Of a stretch of DNA of 49,983 nucleotides, positions 1 through 13,079 are shown one piece after another. How positions within the stretch are numbered: position 1 is the first letter of the stretch; each line of letters starts with the position of its first letter. The notes under the pieces are model-generated. The model did not search any database. It saw only the letters and a program-made list of their open reading frames with translations, and was not told where the DNA came from. Location: NCBI RefSeq assembly GCF_001194135.2, contig NC_068992.1:17407218-17457200 (forward strand). The letters are read 5' to 3'. The position numbers were made by a program, and so were the translations under genes. The DNA is from Octopus bimaculoides. Lineage: Eukaryota.

Positions 1-425
1 ACATATATATATACATATATACACATATATATATACATATATACACATATATATATACATACATACACATATATATATACATACACATATATATATACAT
101 ACACATATATATATACATACACATATATATATACATACACATATATATATACATACACATATATATATACATATATATACATACACATATATATACATAT
201 ATATACATACACATATATATATACATACACATATATATATACATACACATATATATATACATATATATACATACACATATATATATACATACATATATAT
301 ATACATACACATATATATATACATACATATATATATATTCATACATATATAAATATACATACACATATATATACATAGATATGTACATATATACACACAC
401 ATATATATACATACACATATATATA
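1..425. repeat. Compound (TA)n/(CATA)n microsatellite
   Basis: Continuous AC/AT dinucleotide mosaic. Confidence 0.95.
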
Positions 426-744
426 TACAAAAAGATTCTCAACAATTCAACTTCTCTGGTTGACATTAAGACACCCACCTCCAATAGGGGCCTTAACTCC
501 CACATTTTAGAGCTCCATGACCTCCATTTTTCAGGAGCAAAATCCTTTTAACAGGTTCCATAAGACTGGAATTTTGGAATCTGTGCATAAAGATCAGTAG
601 TATGGGATACATGTGTCATGATTAGAATTTTTTTAGGGTGTGTAAAGAGGGAAAGAACTGTCATCTGCAATTTTGATGAAATTCAAATCATAGATATTCC
701 AGTACATTAGAGAAAATATAACAGAAAAGTCTAATTCTTTCATT

Positions 745-781
745 GTACGTAACACGGGCAACGCCAGGTATCTCTGCTAGT
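745..781 (+). mobile_element. Probable Helitron 3' terminus
   Basis: ACGGGCAACGCCAGGTA short GC hairpin followed by CTAG|T at 777-781, the typical Helitron end layout. The hairpin is degenerate. Confidence 0.4.
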
Positions 782-1432
782 ATCATATATATGTAAGTAT
801 GCATATATGTATGTATGCCTGTATATATGCAAGATAATAGTTTCACTTTAATAGTTTCAGTATTAAAGTGAAACTAGTAAAGTGAAAATATCTGACATTA
901 TAATAGAGAGATGTTATTGTTTCACTCTTGACACGTAATACTGCAATAGCGGAGGAGATGTGATAATGCACTGGGCTCGGATTAGGCATGAAGTTAAAAA
1001 TTTTGGGGGCCTAAAACACAACCTGGACCCTAAGTAAGGCATGTGTAAAATTTGAATGAAATTGGTTGTGGAGTTCTCAAGTTTTAGGGATTCACACAGA
1101 CAAACTTAGATATAATCATTTAACGTCCACTTTCCAAGCTGGCATGGGTTGGGCAGTTTGACAGGAGCTGGCTAAGCAGAAGATTGCACCAGGCTTCAGT
1201 GTCTGTTTTGGCATGGTTTTTGATGGCTGGATGCCCTTCCTAACACCAACCACCTTACAGAGTGGACTGAGTATTTTTTACGTGGCACCAGCACAAGTGA
1301 GGTCAGTTTTGGCATGGTGTTTATAGCTGGATGCATTTCCAAATACCAACCACTTTACAATGTGGACTGGATGTGTTTTTACATGGTACCAGCACTGGCA
1401 GGGTCACCAAGTTACATATCAATATCTATCTA

Positions 1433-1471
<39 letters not shown>

Positions 1472-2457
1472 GTATGCATGTGTGTGTATGCACTTCTACT
1501 TGTGTGCGCTCTTTTCTAGACATTGTGCAATGGTTGTAAATATGCAACATCATCATATTTACATTATTTCTNNNNNNNNNNNNNNNNNNNNNNNNNNNNN
1601 NNNNNNNNNNNNNNNNNNNNNNNNNNNNNNNNNNNNNNNNNNNNNNNNNNNNNNNNNNNNNNNNNNNNNNNNNNNNNNNNNNNNNNNNNNNNNNNNNNNN
1701 NNNNNNNNNNNNNNNNNNNNNNNNNNNNNNNNNNNNNNNNNNNNNNNNNNNNNNNNNNNNNNNNNNNNNNNNNNNNNNNNNNNNNNNNNNNNNNNNNNNN
1801 NNNNNNNNNNNNNNNNNNNNNNNNNNNNNNNNNNNNNNNNNNNNNNNNNNNNNNNNNNNNNNNNNNNNNNNNNNNNNNNNNNNNNNNNNNNNNNNNNNNN
1901 NNNNNNNNNNNNNNNNNNNNNNNNNNNNNNNNNNNNNNNNNNNNNNNNNNNNNNNNNNNNNNNNNNNNNNNNNNNNNNNNNNNNNNNNNNNNNNNNNNNN
2001 NNNNNNNNNNNNNNNNNNNNNNNNNNNNNNNNNNNNNNNNNNNNNNNNNNNNNNNNNNNNNNNNNNNNNNNNNNNNNNNNNNNNNNNNNNNNNNNNNNNN
2101 NNNNNNNNNNNNNNNNNNNNNNNNNNNNNNNNNNNNNNNNNNNNNNNNNNNNNNNNNNNNNNNNNNNNNNNNNNNNNNNNNNNNNNNNNNNNNNNNNNNN
2201 NNNNNNNNNNNNNNNNNNNNNNNNNNNNNNNNNNNNNNNNNNNNNNNNNNNNNNNNNNNNNNNNNNNNNNNNNNNNNNNNNNNNNNNNNNNNNNNNNNNN
2301 NNNNNNNNNNNNNNNNNNNNNNNNNNNNNNNNNNNNNNNNNNNNNNNNNNNNNNNNNNNNNNNNNNNNNNNNNNNNNNNNNNNNNNNNNNNNNNNNNNNN
2401 NNNNNNNNNNNNNNNNNNNNNNNNNNNNNNNNNNNNNNNNNNNNNNNNNNNNNNNNN

Positions 2458-2810
2458 TAGTCGAGCAAATCGACCCCAGGACTTATTCTTTGGATGCCTA
2501 GTACTTATTCTATCGGTCTCTTTTGCCGAACCGCTAAGTTACGGGGACGTAAACACACCACCATCGATTGTCAAGCGATGTTGGGGGGACAAACACAGAC
2601 ACACAAACATATACACACACATACATAATATATATATACATATATACGACAGGCTTCTTTCAGTTTCCGTCTACCAAATCCACTCACAAGGCTTTGGTCG
2701 GCCCGAGGCTATAGTAGAAGACACTTGCCCAAGGTGCCACGCAGTGGGAATGAACCTGGAACCATGTGGTTGGTAAGCAAGCTACTTACCACACAGCCAC
2801 TGCTGCGCCT
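2458..2810 (-). mobile_element. tRNA-derived SINE family A (CORE-like GGCACCTTGGGCAAGTGTCTT box); other copies near 3870-4022(+), 10575-10890(-), 11041-11463(-), 18430-18560(-), 22890-23226(-), 28896-29180(-), 49890-49983(-)
   Basis: Near-identical repeats within the window, with a Pol III-like head (TGGCTGTGTGG...GGTTCAGTCCC) and an internal (CA/TA)n tract. They resemble octopus tRNA-derived SINEs as I recall them. Confidence 0.85.
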
Positions 2811-3404
2811 ATCAATTAATATATTATTTGTTTCTGGAGGTGTGGTTGAGTGTTGAGAAGCTTGCTTCCCAACTACAGAGTTTCAGGTTCAGTTCCACAG
2901 AATGGTACCTTGCCCAAGTGTCTCCAACTGTAGACCCAGGTTGACCACAGCCTTACTAGTGGATTTGGTACAGGGAAACTGAAAGAAGCTCATTGTATAA
3001 ATATATGTATATAAATAGTCTTTCTTTTATTCTTTTACTTGCTTCAATCATTTCACAGTGGCCATGCTGGAGCACCACTCTGAAGGGGTTTTTGTTGAAC
3101 CAGTTGAACTCAGGACTTATTTCCAAAGCCTAGTACTTTGTCAACCAGTCTCTTTTGCTGATCTGCTAGGATACAGGGACATAAACACACTAACACTGGT
3201 TATCAAATGGTGAATGGGGGGGGGGGGAAACAGACACAAAGAAACACACACAGATATACATATATATATATGTGAAGTATATTTTCCACTTAAATGCGAG
3301 CCCCAGGAGAATATCTCCTCCAGCTCGCTTTTGACACACTTTCTGTGCCCTATCAGTATTTGCAAAGGGAAGTCATCTTTCCCATCATCGACCTGACGTG
3401 ATAA

Positions 3405-3447
3405 GCACGGACCCGAGTTTCTGGGTATTTACCCTTCGTCAGCACAC
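3405..3447 (-). ncRNA. Type I hammerhead-ribozyme-like motif
   Basis: Minus strand GUGUG-CUGACGA-A-GGGU(AAAU)ACCC-A-GAAA-CUCGG-GUC-CGUGC. Confidence 0.55.
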
Positions 3448-4023
3448 GACAATCACCGGTCTTCGATGCGAAGGAGTCCCGATGCAAATACAGATATATC
3501 CTTTTACCATGAGATTCTAAAGCATTTAATTTGACAAAATAGTTGATAACCATGTATAGTCTGGAATTGAACCTGTAGATTTTTAATCCTTTTGTTTATA
3601 TTTCTGTTGACATACATTGCCTTTGTTTCAATTGATTTTGAAAATAATGAAAATTTAGTGCAATAACTTTGTCATTATAATGATGGTATTTGGAACTTAA
3701 ATTAACATGTAATTTCAATGGCAGTTTTTAGTTCACTTTAACCATTTAACATTTAAACCAGCCATATGTGGCCCAAATATTCTATCTGCTTTACGTTTAA
3801 ACTAATCAGATCTGGCCTCTTACACCTATGCTACAATGTCATTCTAAAAATAAAGATTGAAATATTGGTGCAGGTGTAGCAAGAAGCTTGCTTCTCAAAC
3901 ACATGGTTCCAGGTTCAGTCCCACGGCATGGCACCTTGGGCAGGTGTCTTCTATTATAGCATCAAGCCGATCATAGCCTTGTGAGTGGATCTGGTAGACG
4001 GAAACTGAAAGAAGCCTGTCATA

Positions 4024-4098
<75 letters not shown>

Positions 4099-6086
4099 TC
4101 ATCATCATCAAACGTCTGCTTTCCATGCTAGCATGGGTTGGACGATTTGACTGAGGACTGGTGAACCAGATGGCTACACCAAGCTCCAATCTGATTTGGC
4201 AGAGTATCTACAGCTGGTTGCCCTTCCTAACGCCAACCACTCCGAGTGTGTAGTGGGTGCTTTACGTGCCACCGGCACGAAGGCCAGTCAGGTGGTACTG
4301 GCAACGCCCACGTTCAAAATGGTGTATTTTACATGCCACCTGCACAGGAGCCAGTCCAGCGGCACTGGCAACGATCTCGCTCGAATGTCTTTACACATGC
4401 CAGGAAGGCGATGCTGGGCACAGGTGCTATCACGATATATATGTGACATCAGCCACAACTATGATTTCATTTGGTTCGATGGGTCTTCACAATCACAGCA
4501 TTTTCGCCCAACGATTGAAGTATTAAAAGCACTCTTCAATCGTTGGGCAATATGTTGTCTGATTTAGCTTTGTTTCTATGGCTGGATACCCTTCCTAATG
4601 CCAACCCTTCACAGTGTGTGCTGGGTGCTTGTAACATGGACGTCTTAAACACTGAGTAATTGACATATGATTGTGTTTGCGAGTAAGGGACATTATCACC
4701 ATCATCTTTTAATGTCTGTTTCCCATACTGGCATGGGCTGGACGGTTTGACCACAAGCTGCACCAAGTTCCAGTCCGATTTGACCTGGTTTCTAGAGTTG
4801 AATGCCCTTCCAAATGCCAGCCACTTTACAGAATGTACTGGGTGCTTTTTATGTAGCACCAGTATCAAGTCTGTTGTGGTGGACGAGTCCCCTTGAGTAC
4901 AGCGAGGCACCAGATATTTTAGTCCTCTGTCATCTTCGTAAGGCTCAGTGTCTTGAAATCAGCCTTCAAGACTTTGTTCCATAACTTCCTTTGGATAAAA
5001 ACTATTTAGCACTTTTGTTCCTTTTAGGATTTCTTGTATAAAATTCATATAATGTGAGCCAGTTGTAATCAATTTGAACCATTTTAGAAAAACACTTCAC
5101 TTCTTTAATAATCTTTGTTTACAAACTCACAACATATACACACACATTCGTAACGACAAACAAATCTCAAAATGCCACTCCAGAAAACATCCTCTTTCCA
5201 AAACACAAGAAAACAAATTCAACTCGAGATTTCTTTTTTCCAACTCACATACGTATAAAGGGTACGAATTCTCTAAAAAAAAAATCATTCATGATGAATA
5301 TATACACGTGTATATACATATATGTGTGTATATGTATATATATACACATATGAGAATGAGAGAGAAATAGACACACACACGTCTGTGTATCACCTGTCTG
5401 GATGTTTTGCGTTCTTGTCCCATTTTGTATATATATATATATATATCCCTTAATTGGAAAGCAGTAAGGTTTGGTGACATAAAAATCATTTGGCTGTAAA
5501 AATCTTGTCTGAAATATCCGGGGCGGAGGTTCGAGCCAATTACATGGACTGGTATTTCTTTTCTTGACATCAAAAGGATGAAAGCAAAGTCGACCTCCGC
5601 TGCATTTCAACTAAGAACATAGGAAGATGGAACAAATGCCGCTAAGCGTGAACGATTCTGCCAGCTCCATCCTCTTAATAATTATCCTTTCAACCAAAAG
5701 CATAAGGCCTGAAATTTTGGGGCAGGGGACTAGTCGATTATATTNNNNNNNNNNNNNNNNNNNNNNNNNNNNNNNNNNNNNNNNNNNNNNNNNNNNNNNN
5801 NNNNNNNNNNNNNNNNNNNNNNNNNNNNNNNNNNNNNNNNNNNNNTTTTTACTGGTACATAATTTATAGAACACTCAAAGGATGAAAGGTAAAGTCGACC
5901 TCGGCGGAATTTGAACTCAGAACGTAGCGACGAGCGAAATACCGCTAAGCATTTTGCCTGGCGTGCTAACGATTCTGCCAGCTCGTTTGCATAACAATAA
6001 AAATGGTTTCAAATTTTGGCAGAGTCAGCTATTCTTGAAGGAAGAGGAAATAGATTACATTAGACCCAGTACCTAACTGTTATTTT

Positions 6087-6216
6087 GGTAAATTTTCAGA
6101 TTAACTTCCGCACGATTTTCACCCCCCAAAAAACTCGGATTTTTTACGTAAAATCTAGTACCCTGACTTCTTAATATTCTGCAAATTGCAATATGCTGTT
6201 AATCAGAAAATTTACC
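6087..6216. mobile_element. 130-bp MITE with 19-bp TIRs (GGTAAATTTTCAGATTAAC) and 8-bp TSD GTTATTTT; Merlin-like
   Basis: TIRs have 1 mismatch; TSD at 6079-6086 and 6217-6224; inserted in a family-B SINE. Confidence 0.8.
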
Positions 6217-7179
6217 GTTATTTTTTTTTTAATCGACCCCGAAAGGATGAAAGGCAAAGTTGCCAACGGTGGAATTTGAACTCGAAACGCAAAACTAAGT
6301 ATTATTTTGCCAGTTCGCTGCCTCAATAGAGATATTTCCTTTTTGCTGGTATAATCATCAATTTTATGAAGACTTATAGTTTAACGTGGAGGTAATTTAG
6401 TACTATTATAAATGCGCAGAAACGGTTTAAAAAAAAACGCACAACAAATTCATATTTATCCTCCTGGAGGGAATTGAATTTCGCCAATAACATTTACAAA
6501 CGAAAACGAAAGATGCGAGAAATAAATAGCGCACTTTCCTTTAAACATACATCATTGATAATTGAGGCATTCTTAAATTACTATATTACCCCAACAATAA
6601 AAAAAAGTATCGATATTCATAAATTAAAGAATACTTGTGTAAGACTGCCATTATTAATTATTAAGGGGAAAATTATTTAAATTATTTAAATTGATCTAAA
6701 AAAACAATTATTTAGTGTGTGTTCACTGCGCCTTGTTTAGGAATGGTTGAAAGGTTTGGTTGCATAGCATTTCACTGTTTTGTCACAAGAAGTTAACTGG
6801 ATTCCCTAGAATGAATTTATTTGAGGCCCTTACAATGCAAGAGTATTAGTTTCGTGTATTAGTTGTATTAAGCGCCAAGGTAAATTCTGTTTAGGCGCTA
6901 AAACTACTATTAATAGTAGCTAAGTGTGCCTGAAAATGACAGGCCACAGTTTATCTAAGACTACATTCGACATGCAAGAAACGGAAGATACAGATGCTGT
7001 TAGCTACTACAATGTCTTCGGTAATAAATAGTTCTACTGAAACCGAGTAGACCTGGGGGTTAAATAGCGGTCCAGATGGACTATATGTAAATCTGAACCT
7101 AAATAGCAACAAGAATAATAAGAGAAAAAAGTGACCATACATTGGAGAAAGAAAGAAAGACAGAGAGAAAGAAATATAC

Positions 7180-7416
7180 CTTGCCGAAATATGCGGCCCA
7201 GTGAGCTGGTGTCCAGCCATAAAAACAATCCTCTTTCAGCATGATGGAGTTAGAAAGAGCAAGATTTATCGGAGCAGTCATTGTTGCCGTATACTCATCT
7301 AAGAGCCGCCTCAAACGATCTACATCACCTTCTCTGCAAGCATAGTGTAATGGGTAGTCATTCCTTAGCATATCTTCTTTCTCTGTTGTCCAGTCGCTAT
7401 TGTTCACATGTTCCAT
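7180..7416 (-). CDS. ANKRD10: Ankyrin repeat protein ANKRD10-like, first coding exon (79 codons: MEHVNNSDWT...YPLHYACREGDVDRL...EDCFYGWTPAHWAAYFGK)
   Basis: ATG at 7416 and phase-0 donor AAG|GTATAT at 7180/7179. The peptide matches the ANKRD10 N-terminal pattern (PLHxACRxGD ... ED.FYGWTPxHWAAxFGK) as I recall it. Later exons were not found in 1-7179 (they may be in the gap 1572-2457 or outside the window). Confidence 0.85.
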
Positions 7417-8788
7417 TGCCTTTTCCTCTCTGTTGTTTTATCTCTGCTTTGCTTCTTTTTAAAAAAATCCCAGTTGTTGTCGACAATCTTTTTGTTTTAA
7501 ATTTCAACTTCAGCAATTAAAAAGTAAATAAATAAAGGAACTCCGTCGGATTAACAAACAAACTCCACTAACTCACCCTCGGCCCCTCAAAAGGCAAGAC
7601 AAAGGCTTCAGCAAACTTCAATGTCTTAATCTAAACCAGCTAAAAATGTATCTGTGATACTAGGACACCCTGATATCCTTTGTTATTATAATAGCATTTG
7701 TATTAATGTTGTTGTCATTTAAAAATCAGTACAAATCCAATGTTCTGTCAGTTTGTTGATATATATTTCTTTGTCTATTTCAATTAGCCAGACAAGCACG
7801 TGTCACTGGTATATTTATATTTTGCATACATGTAAATATATGTATATGTAAATTATATATTATGTATCCATAAATAGGTGGATAGATAGATAGATAAATA
7901 AATGAATATAGATTGTTGTTAATTGTTACTGGATAATATTAGTATTATTATTATTATTATTATTAAAGAATTAATTTTTAACACAAAAAAAAAATTGGGA
8001 AAGGGGTAAGAAAAAAAAAAGCAAGGAAAAAATATTCAGAAATCCTCGAGAGATAAAATAAATATATAAAGAGGCACTTCTAGATAAAGTGAAAGTCGGA
8101 TGATAAGCGATACAGATAAAAGTTTCAGACTGAATAACTAAACACTTCTAGTAGCGTTAATAACGTAACATCAGTCGGTGCAAGTCTCGTTCTTGAGGTT
8201 GTCTCGTTATTACGAGAATAACTTTATATCATTACACAATAACCACTTTTACTTTTGTTTTTGCGGAATTTTATTTTCTTCAAACTTTTTAATAAAAACA
8301 AACTTTCACTTTTAGTGTCGTCACGTTTCGCCATTATTCAACAAAAGAGTCGCACGCATGCACATACACACATGTAAATATATATATATATACACACAGG
8401 CATTTATATATATATACACACACATATAAATACATATATATATAGAGAGAGAGAAAAATCAATATGTATATATATATTACAGATAGATAGATAGATAGCT
8501 ACATTCAAAAAGATATGGCATTCACCAAAGATATATATATATAGTTATAGTATTAGGGAAACTTAATTTAATTTTAATTTTTAATAAATTGATTTTAATT
8601 GAGTTTTTACCTGTAATTTTGGATTTTATCCCTAATATTATTATTACACACACACACATATATATACATATATATATATAATTAACAATTGCATTAAAAT
8701 ATATAAATCTTTAGAGAGAGAGAGACAAAAAGATATACATACACATACTTATGTCTGTGTATGAGTGTGCGCGAGCGTACATATACAT

Positions 8789-9126
8789 GGCGTTCCTAAC
8801 GAATAGAGTCGGAAATTCTTTATTACAACAAAACCTGTAATTCCTTTGAATATGTATGTTTTTAAACATTGTGACATTATGATTCTTCGTAAATATAGTG
8901 TAATATAAATTCGAGGAAAGTGAAAACAAAAACAAAAAAGATAAAAGAAAAGATTTCGGCGGCGGGAGGAAGAACATCAACCCCGATTTAATTGTCTTTT
9001 ATTATATATATATATATAATTTTTGGCAAATTCATTTCATAATCTACTATAATCAAAACATATTTAGAGAAGAAATTCCGATTTTTGACAGTTGAAAAAT
9101 TTCCGACTTTATTCATTACGTACGCC
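8789..9126. mobile_element. Degenerate TIR element (MITE)
   Basis: Imperfect inverted ends GGCGTTCCTAACGAATAGAGTCGGAAATT / AATTTCCGACTTTATTCATTACGTACGCC; no clear TSD. Confidence 0.4.
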
Positions 9127-9330
9127 TTTACACGCGAGATAAAGGTGGGTGGGCGGGTGGATAGATAGATAGATAGATAGATAGGAGTGGGTATGCTTTT
9201 TTCTTTGAGTTTTATTTAACTTAAGAGAGTTCAAGACAGTCGCTAACAAAGCGTCCCTACCAAAAGATTCAAACACCTTAGAATCTGCGGCAAATCTGAT
9301 GTTGAACAATCATGTAAACACACGTGTGTA

Positions 9331-9547
9331 CACGAGGGGGGTGCTGCAAAGTTCCTGGCTTTACGGGTGTCGCGGAAGGCCTGGTTGTAGGCCCACAATC
9401 TTCTGTATTCTTTTACAGGGCTTAGAAAAACTGAAGTTACCGCTACAATAAGTGTGTGACTCTGAGAGGGGAATACGTTGAATAAAATCATAATTAATTG
9501 ATCCTCCTGTATATTCTTTACCAGAAACTTTTCAGCACCCCCTCGTG
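9331..9547 (+). mobile_element. Tc1/mariner-derived MITE
   Basis: About 27-bp TIRs CACGAGGGGG(G)TGCTG(C/A)AAAGTT..., with TA at the left flank. The internal RYNKCVTLRGEYVE* resembles a mariner transposase C-terminus. Confidence 0.8.
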
Positions 9548-9755
9548 GGAGCCCTGTTGGCTCCAATGAGTTGAGAAACTCGATAGGGTAATTGACAAGT
9601 AAGAATGAAAAGGCAAAACATTTGGCATTGGTAAGCAATCTCAACAGAACGCATTTCAGTTGCAGTTCAAATCACAGTTTTAGAGGTAAGCCTAATTGAG
9701 CACTCATAGTAAATGGTTATTACTTTATGTCAACTGACGAAAACCTATATATATA

Positions 9756-9790
<35 letters not shown>

Positions 9791-12120
9791 AGGGATGACC
9801 ACTAAGTGGACATCCTTTACGCTAAAGATCGACCATCAACGGTCAAACCACAAAAGCTGTAGGAGGAATTACTTCAACACGCAACTTCTCCCCCCACACA
9901 CTCTCTCTCTCACACATTTTCGCTATGACAAGAAGGGACTTAACTCATGTAAGCAAACTTCAAAATTGGTAAAAGTTATGGTGCCTCGGGAAAAATAATT
10001 TGACGAAAATACAGCTAGGGTCGTGACGAATGTCCTCCTAAAATTGGAGCGACATGCGTGCTAATTTGTGGACGTGCATAAATTACATTCACGTACACAC
10101 ACTGCCTTTTATAGATATGCAGATCATACCATTCCTATTGAGGAGGCCAAAAGTCGATAATGTGTTGAAGTATTGAATCAAAAGGATCTAACCCTTTTAC
10201 ATCCCCCGTAACATAGTGGTTCGGCAAAAGAGACCGATAGAATAAGTACTAGGCTTCCAAAGAATAAGTCTTGGGGTCGATTTGCTCGACTAAAGGCGAT
10301 GCTCCAGCATGGCCGCAGTCTAATGACTGAAACAAGTAAAAGAGTAAAAGAGATTCAATAAGATGTTTAATTTCTTCAATTTTCATGTTTATCAATTTTT
10401 TCAATTTTCATGTTTATTAATTTTTTCATTTTTTTTTTTTTTGTTTAATTGAGGCTTAAACAATTTTTTAGTTGAGAGAGACAACCAAAAGCATCGATAA
10501 TTCTCGTAAAACGGGTGGTGGGGAGAAATAACCCAATTTTTAATGGGGGTGGAGATAACTAAAATGTAACCCGCCTTTTAGTCGAACAAATCGGCCCCTA
10601 GACTTATTCTTTGTAAACCTGATGCTCATTCAATCAGTGTCTTTTACCGAACCACTAGATTACGGGGACGTAAACAAACCAGGATCGGTTTTCAAACGAT
10701 GGTGGGGGGACAAACACACAAATATATACATATATATATACGACTCCGTCTACCAAATCCACTCACAAAGCTCTGGTCGGCCTGAGGCTATCGGAGGAGA
10801 TATTTGCCCAAAGTGCCACGCAGTGGGGACTGAACCTGGAATCTTATGGTTGGGAAGCAAGCTTCTTACCACACAGCCACGCCAGCGCCTATAAAAAAAA
10901 AATATGGAACGCTTCACGAATTTTCGTATCATCCTTCACTATATTTTCAATTCTTTTTTTTAGAGTTTTTATCTATATTCCTATACTTCATTATAGTATT
11001 ATTATGTTTATACATTCATATTCATATATTTATATGTACTATTTTACTCTTTTGCTTGCTTATGTCATTTGACTGCGGCCTTACTGGAGCACCGCCTTTA
11101 GACAAGCAAATCGACCCCCAGGACTTATTCTTTGTAAGCCTAGTACTTATTCTATCGGTCTATTCTGCCGAACCGCTAAAGTTACGGGGACGTAAAGACA
11201 CCGGCATCGGTTGTCAAGCAATGTTGGGGGACAAACACAGACACACAAACATACACACACACAAACATACACACACACATATATATATATACATATAGAC
11301 GACAGGCTTCTTTCAGTTTCCGTCTACCAAATCCACTGACAAGAGTTTGGTCGGCCCGAGGCTATAGTAGAAGACACTTGCCCAAGGTGCCACGCAGTGG
11401 GACTGAACCTGGAATCATGTGGTTGGTAAGCAAGCTACTTACCACACAGCCACTCCTATGCCTATATCATTATATAATTTTAATATTCTGATATTTTTAT
11501 ATTTTTAATATATTAATATGTTTTGTTTTGGGCAATTGGATCTTTGGGGTTTGACGGGCAACATTTTTTTTGTAGTGTTTTTGGTACCGAAACACTTTCA
11601 AACTTCGAATATTTGTATATTTTGTGGTATAGAACAGATAAAGTGCTTATTATGCATCAGGGAATCCCTTTCCATTCTTGGGTCTTTTGAGCCGAAAATC
11701 TTGAATAAGTTTATCGAGGTAATCCCTTTTTGCAATCATAAATTTTCCTCCACCTTCCTAAAACTATGTAAAAATAGAAATAAGAACAAAAATAATAGTG
11801 TTAGTAGTGGTAATAATGGTAGTAATGGTGATAGTAATGGTAATGATAGAAATAAAAATTAAAATAAAAAGACAAAAATATTGGTATTAAAATAATAATA
11901 AAAATATGAATACAATGGTAGTATTTATTTTTTATTTATTTTTCATCATGGCTTAGTTGAATTTGAAACCTAATAGTCTTTAGTTACCAAACCTGCCTGA
12001 TTATTGTAAAGGGTANNNNNNNNNNNNNNNNNNNNNNNNNNNNNNNNNNNNNNNNNNNNNNNNNNTTTTTTTTTTTTTTTTGACTGGTGACTTCGTTGAT
12101 GTCTGTGTGTCTTTTTTTTT

Positions 12121-12200
12121 ACCCTGAAGAAGAGGTTATCACCAATTTGTGCTCTATTGTGCCCTAAATGCGGTGATATACCACCGAAATAGCCATAGGT
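12121..12200 (+). ncRNA. Type I hammerhead-like motif with long stem II, probably a Penelope-like pLTR relic
   Basis: ACC-CUGAAGA-A-G...UAUCACC/GGUGAUA...C-GAAA-U(AGCC)A-UA-GGU. Confidence 0.5.
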
Positions 12201-12792
12201 GTTCTGTGTTTGTGTTCCACCTATACTCGTAATCCACTGTAAATGATGTTTATGGTTTGACTTTACTGATGTTACCTGCGGAATGGTGAAACTTGGATTT
12301 TGCTTTGCCTCACTTTGGATGTTCTGTTGTTGTTTTGTCCCGTGCGCTTCGGTATTCCTGTTTATGAAATTGGATTTTACCTACGAAATTTGCTGTCATG
12401 AGGCAGGTAGTTGAACTTTCGTACTACTTGTCTTGAATTTTTTTTTTTTTTTTTCTTATTGGCTATTGGCCTCAGCAAATGAACTGTCGTGCTACGTCTC
12501 CCTATGTATTATTTTTTTTCTCTATATTTTTGTTATATATATATATATATTTATTCTACTGTAATTGTACCGGTCTCTAATATTTTTAATCAACTTTTAA
12601 TCGCAGTTTATTTATTTTTTTATATTATTCTATTGTATTTTTAATTGATTTTTTTTATTCTTATGTATAAAAATTTTGACTTTCCTTTACTAATTTGGTT
12701 TTGTGGTCTATGTTGTACTTCTTATATGTAGTCATTGGTGGGCTACAGCTTTTTGAGTCGATGACCTAACGGTTTTATTCTGCAATTAACTT

Positions 12793-12849
<57 letters not shown>

Positions 12850-12954
12850 ATATATGTATATATTTATTTATTAATAAGGGTAGAAATTGATATTAATCAA
12901 TTAGAACCAGTGGTCAAGCATATTAAAAAAATCCGAAGATTAAAATTATATTAC

Positions 12955-13079
12955 ATACAAAAATAAGAGGAATGACCAGCAAAAGTGGACTCCTATATGC
13001 AAGAAATAGATGCCGATTCGGCATTTATTTCTAGCATATAGGAGTCCAATTTTGCTGGTCATTCCTTTTATTTTTGTAT
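12955..13079. repeat. 125-bp palindrome (62-bp arms, 1-nt loop, 4 mismatches)
   Basis: Direct comparison of 12955-13016 with the reverse complement of 13018-13079. Confidence 0.95.

Noticed and set aside
1434-2776. Long ORFs in the track dominated by X (also 23063-23926, 31585-32046, 43764-44295, 47002-47550, 48835-49297)
   Set aside because: They are translations of N gaps, not coding evidence. The exception is the RTE part of 43867-44514.
4196-4567. Recurrent ORF MAE(F/Y)LQLDALPNANHSE... (also 26603, 39724, 43764)
   Set aside because: It is the antisense reading of the RTE 3'UTR repeat, with variable stops and no domain.
7508-7576. Possible 69-nt 5'UTR intron of ANKRD10 (G|GTGAGT ... AAG|)
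   Set aside because: Weak acceptor and no independent support without transcripts.
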